Counted from the first letter of the stretch, positions 20,268 to 30,282 are shown. The stretch is 64,000 bases of DNA from an uncultured Acidimicrobiia bacterium (GCA_963836205.1 CAWIIV010000013.1:1-64000); one strand, 5' to 3'. The notes: generated by a model not told the origin, from the letters alone. Made by a program: numbers and translations.

Positions 20268-21565
20268 CGGCCGACGACGGCGCCGCACCGGGGCCGGGGC
20301 CGGTGTTGCGACTGCGGGGGGTTTCCACCTGGTTCCCGGTGCGGGGCGGGTTCCTCGGGTCGCTCCTCGGGCGGGCGTCGGCGTGGGTGCGGGCCGTCGA
20401 CGGCGTCGACCTGGAGGTCCACGAGGGGGAGATCTTCGGGCTGGTGGGGGAGAGCGGCAGCGGCAAGACCACGCTCGGGCGCACCATGCTCCGGCTGGTC
20501 GAACCGGCGACAGGAACGGTGGAGTTCGAGGGCCGCGACATCTCCCACCTGGCCGAATCCGACCTGCGACCGCTCCGCCGGCGCATGCAGCCCGTCTTCC
20601 AGGACCCCCACGCCGCCCTCAACCCGGCCATGACCGTTGGTGACGCGGTGGCGCATCCTCTGCGGGTGCACGGCCTGGCGACCGACCGGGCCGACGCCCG
20701 TCGCCAGGCGGCGGAGATGCTCGAACGGGTGGGGATCTCGCCCCCGGGGGCCTTCCTCGACCGCTACCCGGAGGACCTCTCGGGCGGCCAGAAGCAGCGG
20801 GTGGTGATCGCACGGGCCCTGATCACCCGGCCGCGACTGGTGGTCGCCGACGAGCCGGTGGCCATGCTCGACATGAGCGTGCGGGCCAAGATCCTCGAGC
20901 TCCTGCTCGACCTCAAGCGCGAGTTCGGCCTCACCTACGTCTTCATCACCCACGACCTGGCCACGGCCAAGTTCGTGTGCGACCGCATCGCCATCCTCTA
21001 CCTGGGCCAGGTGGTCGAGACGGGTCCGGCCGCGTCCGTGTACGCCGCGCCCCAGCACCCCTACACCCGGGCGCTGCTGGAGGCGGTCCCGTCCCCCGAC
21101 CCCGAGCGCCGAAACCCCCACCGCCGGCTGCCGTCGGGCGAGGTGCCCGACGCGGTCGACCCGCCGGGCGGGTGTCGCTTCCATCCCCGATGCCCCGACG
21201 GCTTCGGCCCGTGCGGGTGGGAAGGCCGCGACCTCCTGTCCGCCCTGGAGGAGCGGTGGACCGACCCCGCCCTGTTCGAGGCCGAGTCGGGCCTGGTGGG
21301 CCCCCTGGCCGCGGTCGACGTGTCCGGCCCCACCGTCGTCTTCCCCCGGGGTGGCGAGCCGTTGGCCGACCTCCTCCGCCGACTCGACGACGAGCGCGCC
21401 CACCGGGTGTTCTCCGCGGTGACAGCCGTCGAGACCGACGGGACCCGGGTCGAGGTGCGCCTGGAACCGGGCGTGGAACCCGCGTTGCAGCCGGTCGCGG
21501 GCCGGTGGGTGGCATGCCACCTCCACGGCGTCGTGGCCCGAAAGCCTCCGGCCGCCGACCGGTAG
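20264..21565 (+). CDS. Peptide ABC transporter ATPase (DppF/OppF-like)
   Basis: GTGA coupling; GESGSGKT, LSGGQKQR, ADEP, HPYTRAL, CRFHPRC...VACH. Confidence 0.9.
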   Translation: MTADDGAAPGPGPVLRLRGVSTWFPVRGGFLGSLLGRASAWVRAVDGVDLEVHEGEIFGLVGESGSGKTTLGRTMLRLVEPATGTVEFEGRDISHLAESDLRPLRRRMQPVFQDPHAALNPAMTVGDAVAHPLRVHGLATDRADARRQAAEMLERVGISPPGAFLDRYPEDLSGGQKQRVVIARALITRPRLVVADEPVAMLDMSVRAKILELLLDLKREFGLTYVFITHDLATAKFVCDRIAILYLGQVVETGPAASVYAAPQHPYTRALLEAVPSPDPERRNPHRRLPSGEVPDAVDPPGGCRFHPRCPDGFGPCGWEGRDLLSALEERWTDPALFEAESGLVGPLAAVDVSGPTVVFPRGGEPLADLLRRLDDERAHRVFSAVTAVETDGTRVEVRLEPGVEPALQPVAGRWVACHLHGVVARKPPAADR

Positions 21566-21665
21566 CGACGGCGCGGAAGTACGGTCGCGACATTCACGAG
21601 GGTGGGCGTTTCGGTTGCGGCCGGCCAGGTACATATCGGCCGGAGGAACGAGGGGGTAGGGGGCC

Positions 21666-23429
21666 ATCGCCGTCGTACTGCTGGACGAGCTGCGCAAGCT
21701 CCAGGCGATCATCGCCGCGCTGTCGGCCGCGCCGTCGGAGGACGCCATCGCCGACGTCGCCGTCGACCGCCTGCTGGAGGCGGTCGGTGCCGATGCCGGC
21801 GTGCTGGCCCTGCGCGACGACGACAGCCTGATCGTCCGGCGCGCCATCGGCTACCGGGAAATCGCGGCCGCCTGGACCCGCATCCCGCTCGACGCCGACC
21901 TGCCCCTGAGCGACGCCGCCCGCCGGGGCGAGCCCGTGTTCCTGTCCACCGGCGCGGCCCGGCTCCGGGCCTACCCCATGTCGGCGTCCATCCCCGTGCT
22001 GTACGAGGGCCTCGTCGCCCTCCCCCTCCTCGTCGGCGACCGGTGCCTCGGTGTCCTCGGCCTGAGCTTCGCCGAGTCCCGCCGGTTCGATCCCGACGAG
22101 CAGGCCCTCCTGGTCACCATCGCCCAGCTGTGCGCCCTCACCATCGACCGCTTCGAGCGGGGCGCCCGGCTCAGCCGGCTCCAGGAGCTCACCGGCCACC
22201 TGTCCCGGGCCTTCACCGTCGAGGAGGTGGTGCGGGTGATCCGGGACGAGCCCATCCCCGAGCGGTCGGTGCTCGGCCGGGGGCTGTGGCTGCTCGACGA
22301 CGAGAGCGGTGGGCTGCGCCAGGCCTTTCCCGTGTCAGCCGGCGGCGAGCCCGTGGTCATCCCCCTCGACGCCGACCTCCCGGCGGCGGAGGCGGCCCGC
22401 ACCGGCGAGGTGGTGTGGGCGAGCGGCCTGCGAGGAGCGCCGGCCGAGGACCAGTTCCCGTCCCTCGCGGCCACCGGCTTCGGGAGCGCAGCCGCCATCC
22501 CCCTGGCCGCCGAGGACCGCGTGGTCGGGGTCCTCACGGTCGGCTTCGAGCACGACCTTCCGGTCGACGAGGGCGAGCGGCGATTTCTCGTCGCCCTGGC
22601 CGAGCAGGCGGCGGTGGCGCTGGAGCGGGCCCGCCTCTACGACAGCGAGCGCCAGTCGCGGCGCCAGGCGGAGCTCGATCGCCAGCGCTCGCTCGAACTG
22701 GCCCGGGCCCTGCAGACGAGCCTGCTCCCGCCCCGCCTGCCCGACGTCCCCGGCCTCGACCTGGGCGCCCGCTACCACCCCGCCCTGGCCGGCCTGGAGG
22801 TGGGCGGCGACTTCTACGACGTGTTCGACACCGGAGGCGACTGGGCCGTCGTGATCGGCGACGTGTGCGGCAAGGGCCCGGAGGCGGCCGCCCTCACTGC
22901 CCTCGCCCGCTACACCATCCGGTCGGTGGCCATGGACCTGCGCCACCCGGCCCAGGTGCTGCGCAAGCTCAACGACACCCTTCTCCACCACCAGCTCGAC
23001 GAGCGGTTCTGCACCGTTGCCTACGGACGGGTGGTCCCCAGCGTCGGTGGGGTGCGCGTGTCGGTGTGCCGGGCCGGCCACCCGCCCCCGATCGTGGTGC
23101 GGGCGAACGGCGACCTGGAGGCCATCGGTCCCGACGGCGGGCTGGTCGGCCTGTTCGCCGAGATCCGCCTGTGGGACGAGACGGTGCAGCTCACGCCGGG
23201 CGACAGCCTCGTCTTCTACACCGACGGGGTCACCGAGGCCGCCCGTGGCCAGGAGCAGTTCGGCGACCGGCGACTCGACGAGGTTTTGCGGGGCTGCGCC
23301 GGCCTCACCGCGGCCGAGGTGGCCGAGAACGTGGAGGCGGCGGTGATCGACTTCGGCGGCCCCCAGCCCCGCGACGACCTGGCCGTGCTCGTCCTCCATG
23401 TCCCCACCGCGGCCGACGCCGCCCGCTGA
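21666..23429 (+). CDS. GAF-GAF-PP2C (SpoIIE/RsbU-like) phosphatase; start uncertain
   Basis: Two GAF-like domains; LQTSLLP, VGGDFYDVF, IGDVCGKG, AGHPPP, YTDGVTEA, RDDLAVL. Confidence 0.88.
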   Translation: MAVVLLDELRKLQAIIAALSAAPSEDAIADVAVDRLLEAVGADAGVLALRDDDSLIVRRAIGYREIAAAWTRIPLDADLPLSDAARRGEPVFLSTGAARLRAYPMSASIPVLYEGLVALPLLVGDRCLGVLGLSFAESRRFDPDEQALLVTIAQLCALTIDRFERGARLSRLQELTGHLSRAFTVEEVVRVIRDEPIPERSVLGRGLWLLDDESGGLRQAFPVSAGGEPVVIPLDADLPAAEAARTGEVVWASGLRGAPAEDQFPSLAATGFGSAAAIPLAAEDRVVGVLTVGFEHDLPVDEGERRFLVALAEQAAVALERARLYDSERQSRRQAELDRQRSLELARALQTSLLPPRLPDVPGLDLGARYHPALAGLEVGGDFYDVFDTGGDWAVVIGDVCGKGPEAAALTALARYTIRSVAMDLRHPAQVLRKLNDTLLHHQLDERFCTVAYGRVVPSVGGVRVSVCRAGHPPPIVVRANGDLEAIGPDGGLVGLFAEIRLWDETVQLTPGDSLVFYTDGVTEAARGQEQFGDRRLDEVLRGCAGLTAAEVAENVEAAVIDFGGPQPRDDLAVLVLHVPTAADAAR

Positions 23430-23462
23430 GCGCCCGCCCGACCCGCCGAGGCCGCCGAGCGG

Positions 23463-24857
23463 TCAGCCGGGCTCGATGTCGTCGGAGAACGTCTCGCCCA
23501 CAACGAAGCCGTCGCCGGTGATGCGGTACTCCCGGATCTCGGGCTCGTGGAGGCTGGCCCGGGTCTTGAGGACGGTGAGCGCCCGCTTCACCCGGGACCG
23601 GCTGCGGAGGAACTGGAGCAGGATCACGTTGTCGGACATGTTGGAGATCCCCGATTCCGACAACCGCGAGAGGTGGAACAGGTCGGGCACCTCCATCGTC
23701 ATCAGCACGCTGATCCCCCTCCGTGAGCAGCGCTGGATGAGCGAGTAGATGTACTCCCGCAGCCGGATCTGGTCGGGGGAGGCGAAGGCGAGGTCGCCCA
23801 GGCTGTCGATGACCAGGCGGGTGACGTTCTGGGCCTCGATCGCCTCCAGCACGGAGTACACCCACTCGTCGATGTAGAGGTCGACCGTCGACCGGTAGAG
23901 CACCGAGACGTCGGGATGTTCGAGCGACCAGCCGAAGCCGCGGGCGGTGCGCTGGAGCTGGCTCGGGTTCTCCTGGAGGTTGGCGATGAGGCCCCGCTCG
24001 CCCCGGGCCGCGCCCCCGAAGATGAAGCTCAGGCTCATGACCGTCTTGCCCGACCCCGACGGCCCCGCCACCAGGGTGCAGGCCCCCGGCCAGTACCCGT
24101 CGCCCAGCATGGCGTCGAGGGCGGGGATGCCGGAGGAGATGCGTTCGTCGGACAGGGCGTAGCCGGACGGGTCGGCGATGTCGGCCAGCCGGGGGAAGAC
24201 GTCGACCCCCTTCTCCGACAACCGGTAGGCGTGCTGGCCGGACAGGAACCCGCTGCCCCGGAGCTTGAGCACCTGGAGCACCCGGTTCTCCCGCTCGTTG
24301 ACCATGGTCGACGACAGCTGGATGATGGCGTCGGCGACGGCGAACTCGGGCTCCCGGGCGATGTCGTCGAGCCCGTACTCGCCCACCCAGAACGACGACG
24401 CCCCCGACGCCGACAGCCGGGCCGCGAAGTCGTGCAGGAACCAGCGGAAGTCGCTCGGCTCCCGGGCGAAGGCGTGCAGGGCCTTGAAGCTGTCGATGAC
24501 GATCATCGCCGGCCGGTGCTCGCCGATGAGGGCCTGGAGGCGGTCGACGAAGGCGGGCAGGCCTCGCTCGTCGAGGAGGCTGCCGAGGTCCTCGTAGAAC
24601 ACGGCCCGCCCGACCTTGTCGTCGTCGAAATAGGACAGGCTGCGGCCGTAGCGGAGGATCTTGTCGAGCGGCTCCGACACGGTGGACACGTAGAGCGCCG
24701 GTGCCTCGGGCGAGGCGTTGGAGAAGACGAACTGCTGGGCCAGCAGGGTCTTTCCGGTACCCGGTGCGCCGGTGATCAGCGTGAGCGCGCCCGACGACAG
24801 GCCGCCCCCGAGGACCAGGTCCAGGCGGGGGTGCCCGCTCTTCAGCCGAGAGGTCAC
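23463..24857 (-). CDS. KaiC-like double-domain RecA-superfamily ATPase
   Basis: Two Walker A motifs (GAPGTGKT, GPSGSGKT), IDS Walker B twice, KLRGS and KTRAS fingers, ERISSGIPALDAMLG. Confidence 0.88.
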   Translation of the reverse strand: MTSRLKSGHPRLDLVLGGGLSSGALTLITGAPGTGKTLLAQQFVFSNASPEAPALYVSTVSEPLDKILRYGRSLSYFDDDKVGRAVFYEDLGSLLDERGLPAFVDRLQALIGEHRPAMIVIDSFKALHAFAREPSDFRWFLHDFAARLSASGASSFWVGEYGLDDIAREPEFAVADAIIQLSSTMVNERENRVLQVLKLRGSGFLSGQHAYRLSEKGVDVFPRLADIADPSGYALSDERISSGIPALDAMLGDGYWPGACTLVAGPSGSGKTVMSLSFIFGGAARGERGLIANLQENPSQLQRTARGFGWSLEHPDVSVLYRSTVDLYIDEWVYSVLEAIEAQNVTRLVIDSLGDLAFASPDQIRLREYIYSLIQRCSRRGISVLMTMEVPDLFHLSRLSESGISNMSDNVILLQFLRSRSRVKRALTVLKTRASLHEPEIREYRITGDGFVVGETFSDDIEPG

Positions 24858-24928
24858 ACGCGTATCCGCTCCATACGGTGCCGGAAATCTAGGCCAGCAG
24901 CGGCGGCCGCGCTTCTCTCGGCCCCCGG

Positions 24929-25636
24929 TTACGCCCGGCGGTGGGTGATGCGGGCGGCCACGTCGGCCACCGACGAGGTGACCTGGTAGCCGTCGCGGCG
25001 CAGCCATTCCCGGTTGCGGCGATGGACGTCGGTGCCTTCCCACCGGTTGAGGAGGACGAGGATGGGAGCGCAGCCGGTGAGGAGGACCTCGACCGACAGC
25101 CGCACCGCGTTGATGGCGCCCAGGCCGGCGTCGGCCACCAACACCACCACGTCGGGGGACAGGAACGTGCACAGGTCGACGCTGTCGCCGTCGGCCGCGA
25201 TCGGCGTCCGGGGCCCGCCGGCCGTGTCCACCAGCCCCACGGTGGTGCCCGCCGGCCAGGCCAGCTCCTCGACCAGGTCCTCCACGCTGAAGGCGGGCCG
25301 ACCGAGGACGGCGGCGGCGATGGGCGGGGCCAGCGGCACCTCGTACCAGCGATGGCGGGGACACACGTCTTCCGGCTCCTCGCCGTCGGCTCCGGCCAGC
25401 ACGTGGGCGTCGGTGGCGGCGGCGTCGGCCGTAGCCGGGTCGAACGACTGCACCGGCTTGCGGGCCACGGCCCGGCCGTCCTCACCGGCCAGCTCCCGCA
25501 GGAGGGCGGCCGTCGTCCACGTCTTGCCGACGCCGCTGGCGGTGCCCAGGACGACGGCCAGCCGCGGGGGGCGCCAGGTCACTGCGCGCGGCCTGGTGGC
25601 GACTGCGGCGGGCCGGGCGTCGGAGCCATCTCCCAT
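24929..25636 (-). CDS. bioD: Dethiobiotin synthase-like protein
   Basis: GTASGVGKT, RKPVQS, DTAGG, AGLGAIN, LNR. Confidence 0.78.
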   Translation of the reverse strand: MGDGSDARPAAVATRPRAVTWRPPRLAVVLGTASGVGKTWTTAALLRELAGEDGRAVARKPVQSFDPATADAAATDAHVLAGADGEEPEDVCPRHRWYEVPLAPPIAAAVLGRPAFSVEDLVEELAWPAGTTVGLVDTAGGPRTPIAADGDSVDLCTFLSPDVVVLVADAGLGAINAVRLSVEVLLTGCAPILVLLNRWEGTDVHRRNREWLRRDGYQVTSSVADVAARITHRRA

Positions 25637-25695
25637 GCTTGCATCTGGCCGCCTCGAACGCGGCGGCCTGCCCGTGCGATCGCTACGATCGGGCC

Positions 25696-26136
25696 ATGTC
25701 CGATGGTGGGAGGACGGGTCGGCGGCTCGCGTGGACACTGGTGACGGTGGTGGTGCTGGGGCTGTTCGGCGCCTGCTCGGGCGAAAACGACGAGGGGGCG
25801 GTGGCCACCACGACGCCCACCACGCCCACCACCACCTCCACCAGCCCGACGTCGGGCGTCGTGCCCAACCCATCCACGTGCGCCAACCAGAACTTCACGC
25901 CCAACAGCGAGGACATCGCCGGCAACGTCGTCGCCACCGGACTCACCTGCGCCGAGGCGGAGGCGTTCGTGCGCAAGGTCGGCCCCCTCGTGGGCGCCAC
26001 CGGCGGTCCTGCCAACATCTCGGTCGACGGCTTCGCGTGCGTCCGGACCAAGGAGGACGACGGCAGCTACGGCCTCCCGTCGTCCGACTACGAGTGCACC
26101 AGTGGCACCAGGACGGTGACCTTCCACCGCACCTGA
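25696..26136 (+). CDS. Small Cys-containing lipoprotein
   Basis: Lipobox FGAC, Thr/Pro linker, 4-Cys domain; TACGAT 6 nt upstream of ATG. Confidence 0.65.
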   Translation: MSDGGRTGRRLAWTLVTVVVLGLFGACSGENDEGAVATTTPTTPTTTSTSPTSGVVPNPSTCANQNFTPNSEDIAGNVVATGLTCAEAEAFVRKVGPLVGATGGPANISVDGFACVRTKEDDGSYGLPSSDYECTSGTRTVTFHRT

Positions 26137-26190
26137 GAAGGCCCGGTTCGTCCCAGAACCACGGCCTCTCGGTATCATCGACGGGCAACC

Positions 26191-27204
26191 ATGCTCGACG
26201 ATCGCAAGGCAGCCATCCTCCGGGCCGTGGTCCAGGAGTACATCCAGACCGCGCAGCCGGTGGGCTCCGCCCACTTGGCGCGCAGCCACAGCCTGGGCGT
26301 TTCCCCCGCCACCGTCCGCAACGAGATGGCCGCCCTCGAGCGGGAGGGCTTCCTGGCCCACCCCCACACCAGCGCCGGGCGCATCCCCACCGACAAGGGC
26401 TACCGGTTCTTCGTCGACAACATCAGCGTGAGCACGCCCGCCGGCGCGCTGGAGCCGGCCCACAAGCAGCAGGTGCAGACCTTCTTCGCCCGGGCCCACG
26501 GCCAGCTGGAGGAGATGCTGCACGACACCAGCTGCCTGCTGTCCAGCCTCACCCACTACGCGGCCATGGTCCTGCCCCCCCACCACGAGGACGCCACCGT
26601 GCGATCGGTGCAGATCGTGGCCCTGGGGGCGCGGGTGGCGCTGGTGGTGGCCGTCCTGTCCACCGGCGCCATCGAGAAGGCCACCCTCGAGCTCGACGAC
26701 GGGGTGGGCGACGAGCAGCTGGCCGCGGCCGGTGCCCGGCTGGCGTCCCACCTGGTCGGATCGCCGATCGCCGACGACCGCACCATCGCCTCCACCGGCA
26801 ACGACGCCACCGACCGCCTGGTTGCGGCCGCCCGCAGCGGGCTCGTCGACCACCACAGGCGGGAGGCGGAGCAGGTCTACGTCGACGGGGCGTCCCACAT
26901 GGCGGCCACCTTCGAGGCGGTGGCCACCGTCCGCCAGGTCCTCACCATCCTCGAGCAGCAGTACGTGGTGGTCAGCCTGATGCGGGAGGCCCTCCACGAC
27001 GACCGCCTCAACGTGGTCATCGGCACCGAGCACCGGGTGGAGTCCCTGGCCGAGTGCTCGATCATCGTCGCCCCCTACGAGGTCGAGGGGGGCCGGGCCG
27101 GCACCATCGGCGTCCTCGGCCCCACCCGCATGAACTACCCCCAGGCCATGGCCGCGGTGGCGGCTGTGAGCCAGCGCCTGGGCCGGGCCCTGAGCGAGAG
27201 CTGA
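26191..27204 (+). CDS. hrcA: Heat-inducible transcription repressor HrcA
   Basis: PVGS, SPATVRNEM, PHTSAGRIPTDKGYR, GPTRMNY. Confidence 0.96.
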   Translation: MLDDRKAAILRAVVQEYIQTAQPVGSAHLARSHSLGVSPATVRNEMAALEREGFLAHPHTSAGRIPTDKGYRFFVDNISVSTPAGALEPAHKQQVQTFFARAHGQLEEMLHDTSCLLSSLTHYAAMVLPPHHEDATVRSVQIVALGARVALVVAVLSTGAIEKATLELDDGVGDEQLAAAGARLASHLVGSPIADDRTIASTGNDATDRLVAAARSGLVDHHRREAEQVYVDGASHMAATFEAVATVRQVLTILEQQYVVVSLMREALHDDRLNVVIGTEHRVESLAECSIIVAPYEVEGGRAGTIGVLGPTRMNYPQAMAAVAAVSQRLGRALSES

Positions 27205-27211
27205 CACCGCC

Positions 27212-28357
27212 GTGGCCGACCAACCGGAGGACTTCTACGAGCTGCTCGGGGTGAGCCGCAACGCCACCGAGGACGAGCTCAAGAAGGCGTATCGAGCCCG
27301 GGCCCGGGAGCTGCACCCCGACGCCAACCCCGGCGACCCCCAGGCCGAGAACCGGTTCAAGCTGGTCACCGTCGCCTACGAGACCCTGCGCGACCCCGAT
27401 CGCCGCCGCCGCTACGACACGCTCGGGCCCGAGGGGCTGCGGGGGGCGGGTGCCCCGGGCAGTGCCGGCTTCGACGACATCTTCGGCGCCAACCTGGGCG
27501 ACATCTTCCAGTCGTTCTTCGGCGGGGGGTCGCCCTTCGGCAGCAGTGGGCGCCGCCAGGCGGGACCGCCCCGAGGCAACGACGTGGAGACCGCCATCCA
27601 ACTCGACTTCCAGGAGGCGGTGTTCGGCGCGTCCCACGAGGTGCGGCTGCGGCTGCCGGTCACGTGCGAGACGTGCGCCGGCTCGGGCGCCAAGCCCGGC
27701 ACCGGCCCCGTCACCTGCTCCCAGTGCGAGGGCACGGGCGAGGTGCGCCGCACCCGGCAGTCGATCCTGGGCCAGATGATCACGTCCAGCCCGTGCCCCC
27801 GCTGCGGCGGCGTGGGCGAGATGGTCACGTCACCCTGCCCCGACTGCCGGGGCGACGGCCGCCGCACCGAGGAGCGCAGCTACACCGTCGACGTCCCCGC
27901 CGGGGTCGACGACGGGAGCACGCTCAAGGTCAGCGGCCGGGGGGCGGCCGGGCCCCGGGGCGGTGCACCGGGCGACCTCTACGTCCACCTGCGGGTGCGG
28001 CCCGACGAGCGCTTCGTGCGCCAGGGCAACGACCTGGTCCACGTCCTCCACGTCCCGATGGCCCAGGCCGCCCTGGGCGCGGTCATCCACTACGAGACGC
28101 TCGACGGCACCGAGGACCTGGTCATCCCCAAGGGCACCCAGCCGGGGCGGGTGTTCCGCCTGCGCAGCCGGGGTGTGCCCCGCATCGGCGGCGGCGGCAG
28201 CCGGGGCGACCTGCTGGTGCAGGTGGTGGTCGACACGCCCACCGACCTGTCCAAGGAGCAGGAGGAGCTGCTGCGGCTGCTGGCCACGGCCCGGGGCGAG
28301 GACGTGGCCCCGCCCGACACCGGCTTCCTGGCCCGGGTCCGCTCGGCCTTCAAGTAG
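27212..28357 (+). CDS. dnaJ: Molecular chaperone DnaJ
   Basis: J domain with HPD, four CxxCxGxG repeats, C-terminal domain. Confidence 0.96.
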   Translation: MADQPEDFYELLGVSRNATEDELKKAYRARARELHPDANPGDPQAENRFKLVTVAYETLRDPDRRRRYDTLGPEGLRGAGAPGSAGFDDIFGANLGDIFQSFFGGGSPFGSSGRRQAGPPRGNDVETAIQLDFQEAVFGASHEVRLRLPVTCETCAGSGAKPGTGPVTCSQCEGTGEVRRTRQSILGQMITSSPCPRCGGVGEMVTSPCPDCRGDGRRTEERSYTVDVPAGVDDGSTLKVSGRGAAGPRGGAPGDLYVHLRVRPDERFVRQGNDLVHVLHVPMAQAALGAVIHYETLDGTEDLVIPKGTQPGRVFRLRSRGVPRIGGGGSRGDLLVQVVVDTPTDLSKEQEELLRLLATARGEDVAPPDTGFLARVRSAFK

Positions 28358-28360
28358 CCC

Positions 28361-29051
28361 GTGGCGGGTGCCGTCGCGCACGTCTTCGTGCCCGACCTCG
28401 CCGCCCCCGAGGTGGACGCGGGCGACCGGCACCACCTCGAGCGGGTGCTGCGGCTGCGTACAGGCGAGGCGGTGACCGCGTCGGACGGGGCGGGGCGGTG
28501 GGTGGCGTGCCGGTGGGTCGGCGGCGCCGCGCTGGAGGTCGACGGCGAGGTGGTCGTCGAGCCGGCGCCGAGTGCCGCTGGTGACGGTTGCGTTCTCGCC
28601 GGTGAAGGGCGACCGGCCGGAGTGGGCGGTGCAGAAGCTCACCGAGCTGGGCGTCGACCGCATCGTCCCCCTGGCGGCGGCCCGGTCGGTGGTGCGGTGG
28701 ACGGGCGATCGGGGCGCGGCGGCGGTGGAGCGGTGGCGGCGGGTGGCCCGGGAGGCGGCCATGCAGAGCCGGCGGTCGTGGCTGCCGGTGGTGGATCCGG
28801 CAGTGGCGTTCGGGGTCGCGTCGGGGTGGCCGGGGGCGGCGTTGGCGGTGGCGGGGGGCGACCCGCCGTCGCTCGACCACCCGGTGGTGCTGGTGGGGCC
28901 GGAAGGGGGATGGGACCCGTCGGCCGAGCTCGGTGCGGGCCTGCCCACCGTGGGCCTGGGGCCGAACGTGCTGCGGACGGAGACGGCGGCGGTGGCGGCG
29001 GGGACACTGCTGGTGGCCCTGCGCAGCGGGCTGCTAGCCCCCCACCGGTGA
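28361..29051 (+). CDS. rsmE: 16S rRNA m3U1498 methyltransferase RsmE (frameshift near 28565-28572, probably artefact)
   Basis: HHLERVLRLR in one frame; KGDRPEWAVQKLTELGVD, VGPEGG, LRTETA in the next; hrcA-dnaJ-rsmE synteny. Confidence 0.88.
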
Positions 29052-29561
29052 GGCGCAGGCCTCGGCCGACTGCGGGCCCTCCACGCCCGCGCTCGTCACC
29101 GCGCTGACCTTGTAGCAGCGGGGGCCGGGGTCGGGCTCGGTGGACGGCCAGTACTGGTAGTCGGGGGCGTCGACGACCCCCAGCCGGCCCGGCTCGATGG
29201 GCGGGATCGTCGCCGGGATGGTGACCGGCGCCAGGTTCGTCCCGTCCGCCCGACGCTTGTAGGCCTTGTAGGCGACGACGTCGGCCGACGCCGATAGCGG
29301 GAGCCACGTGAGCACCGTCTCCCCACTGCCCCCGCCCGTGGAGGCGGTGACGCCCGTCACCTGGGGCGGGACGGCGCCGGGCGCGGCGGTGGTGCTCGGG
29401 GCGACTGTGGTGGCTGTGGATCCGGAGGTCGTGGTGGCCGCGGCCACCGAGCTCGAGGTGGTGGTCGACGGGCCGCCGCCGTCGTCGTCGGTACACCCGG
29501 CCCCGACCAGCGTGGCCGCCAGCAGGCCGACCACCGCCCGGCGCCTGTGCGTCCGTCCCAT
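29034..29561 (-). CDS. Lipoprotein with fibronectin type III-like domain
   Basis: Lipobox GAGC, Thr/Ser linker, PPQVTGV...VLTW...YKAY...CYKVSAV..GVEGPQS. Confidence 0.6.
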   Translation of the reverse strand: MGRTHRRRAVVGLLAATLVGAGCTDDDGGGPSTTTSSSVAAATTTSGSTATTVAPSTTAAPGAVPPQVTGVTASTGGGSGETVLTWLPLSASADVVAYKAYKRRADGTNLAPVTIPATIPPIEPGRLGVVDAPDYQYWPSTEPDPGPRCYKVSAVTSAGVEGPQSAEACASPVGG

Positions 29562-29590
29562 GCCGTTGCCTCCCGCGCTCCGATGGCGTG

Positions 29591-29603
29591 GGACGCTACG
29601 TTA
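29591..29603. promoter_or_regulatory. Possible BldD-box overlapping a -10 element upstream of the bldD-like gene
   Basis: GGAC-GCTAC-GTTA, one mismatch to TNAC-N5-GTNA, overlapping TACGTT. Confidence 0.3.
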
Positions 29604-29707
29604 CCGACGGTCACGGTCCGCGGGGCGACGGTCACGGAGGGAGATTGCCGTGGTGACGGAGAGCGAGATAATGTGACGCGGCCGGCGACAGGAGAGGGGG
29701 CTCGGTC

Positions 29708-30272
29708 GTGGACGAGGACACCGAGCTGGTAGGCGCGTCGCAGACCTACGCCCGCCGGGTCGGCCAGCGCCTGCGGGCCATCCGCCGGCAGAAGCGACTG
29801 TCGCTTGCAAGAGGTCGAGGCCGCGTCCGACCAGGAGTTCAAGGCGTCGGTGCTGGGCGCCTACGAGCGGGGCGAGCGGGTCATCTCCGTCCCCCGCCTG
29901 CAACGGCTGGCCGACTTCTACAGCGTCCCCGTCGACCAGCTGCTCCCCCGGGAGGGTGAGGCGCCGGCGGCGGCGTCCACCGGCGACGGTGGAGGCGAGG
30001 CGGCGGAGGGAGGGCGCTCGGTGCCGTCGGCGGGCTCTCCCCGCAAGATCACGTTCGACCTCTCCCGGTTCGAGGCCATCGAGGCCGACCCGGAGGTGGA
30101 GATGGTGCACAAGTACCTGTCGAGCATCCAGGTGCTGCGCCAGGACTTCAACGGCCGGGTCCTCACCATCCGCCACGACGACATCCGGGCCATCGCCGGC
30201 CTCTTCGGCACCGACGCCGACGCCTTGGTCCGGCGACTCGACGACCTCCAACTCCGCCTGACACCGGCGTAG
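29708..30272 (+). CDS. bldD: BldD-family XRE regulator (one-base frameshift near 29802-29807)
   Basis: YARRVGQRLRAIR..RLSL|QEVE...GAYERGER.ISVPRLQRLADFY.VPV.QLLP; C-terminal RQD-FNGRVLTI-RHDD = RXD-X8-RXXD. Confidence 0.82.
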
Positions 30273-30282
30273 TATCGTCGTC

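Noticed and set aside
17021-21565. 1514-aa giant ABC ORF (permease plus two ATPases)
   Set aside because: It arises from an upstream shadow-frame extension and one extra base near 20060. The DppD C-terminal Cys motif and stop are in another frame, and DppF has its own coupled GTG at 20264
23463-24857. Circadian clock locus
   Set aside because: No kaiA/kaiB in the window and the ST phosphosite pair is incomplete; treated only as a KaiC-like ATPase
26137-26190. Expected CIRCE operator before hrcA
   Set aside because: No TTAGCACTC-N9-GAGTGCTAA-like inverted repeat is visible
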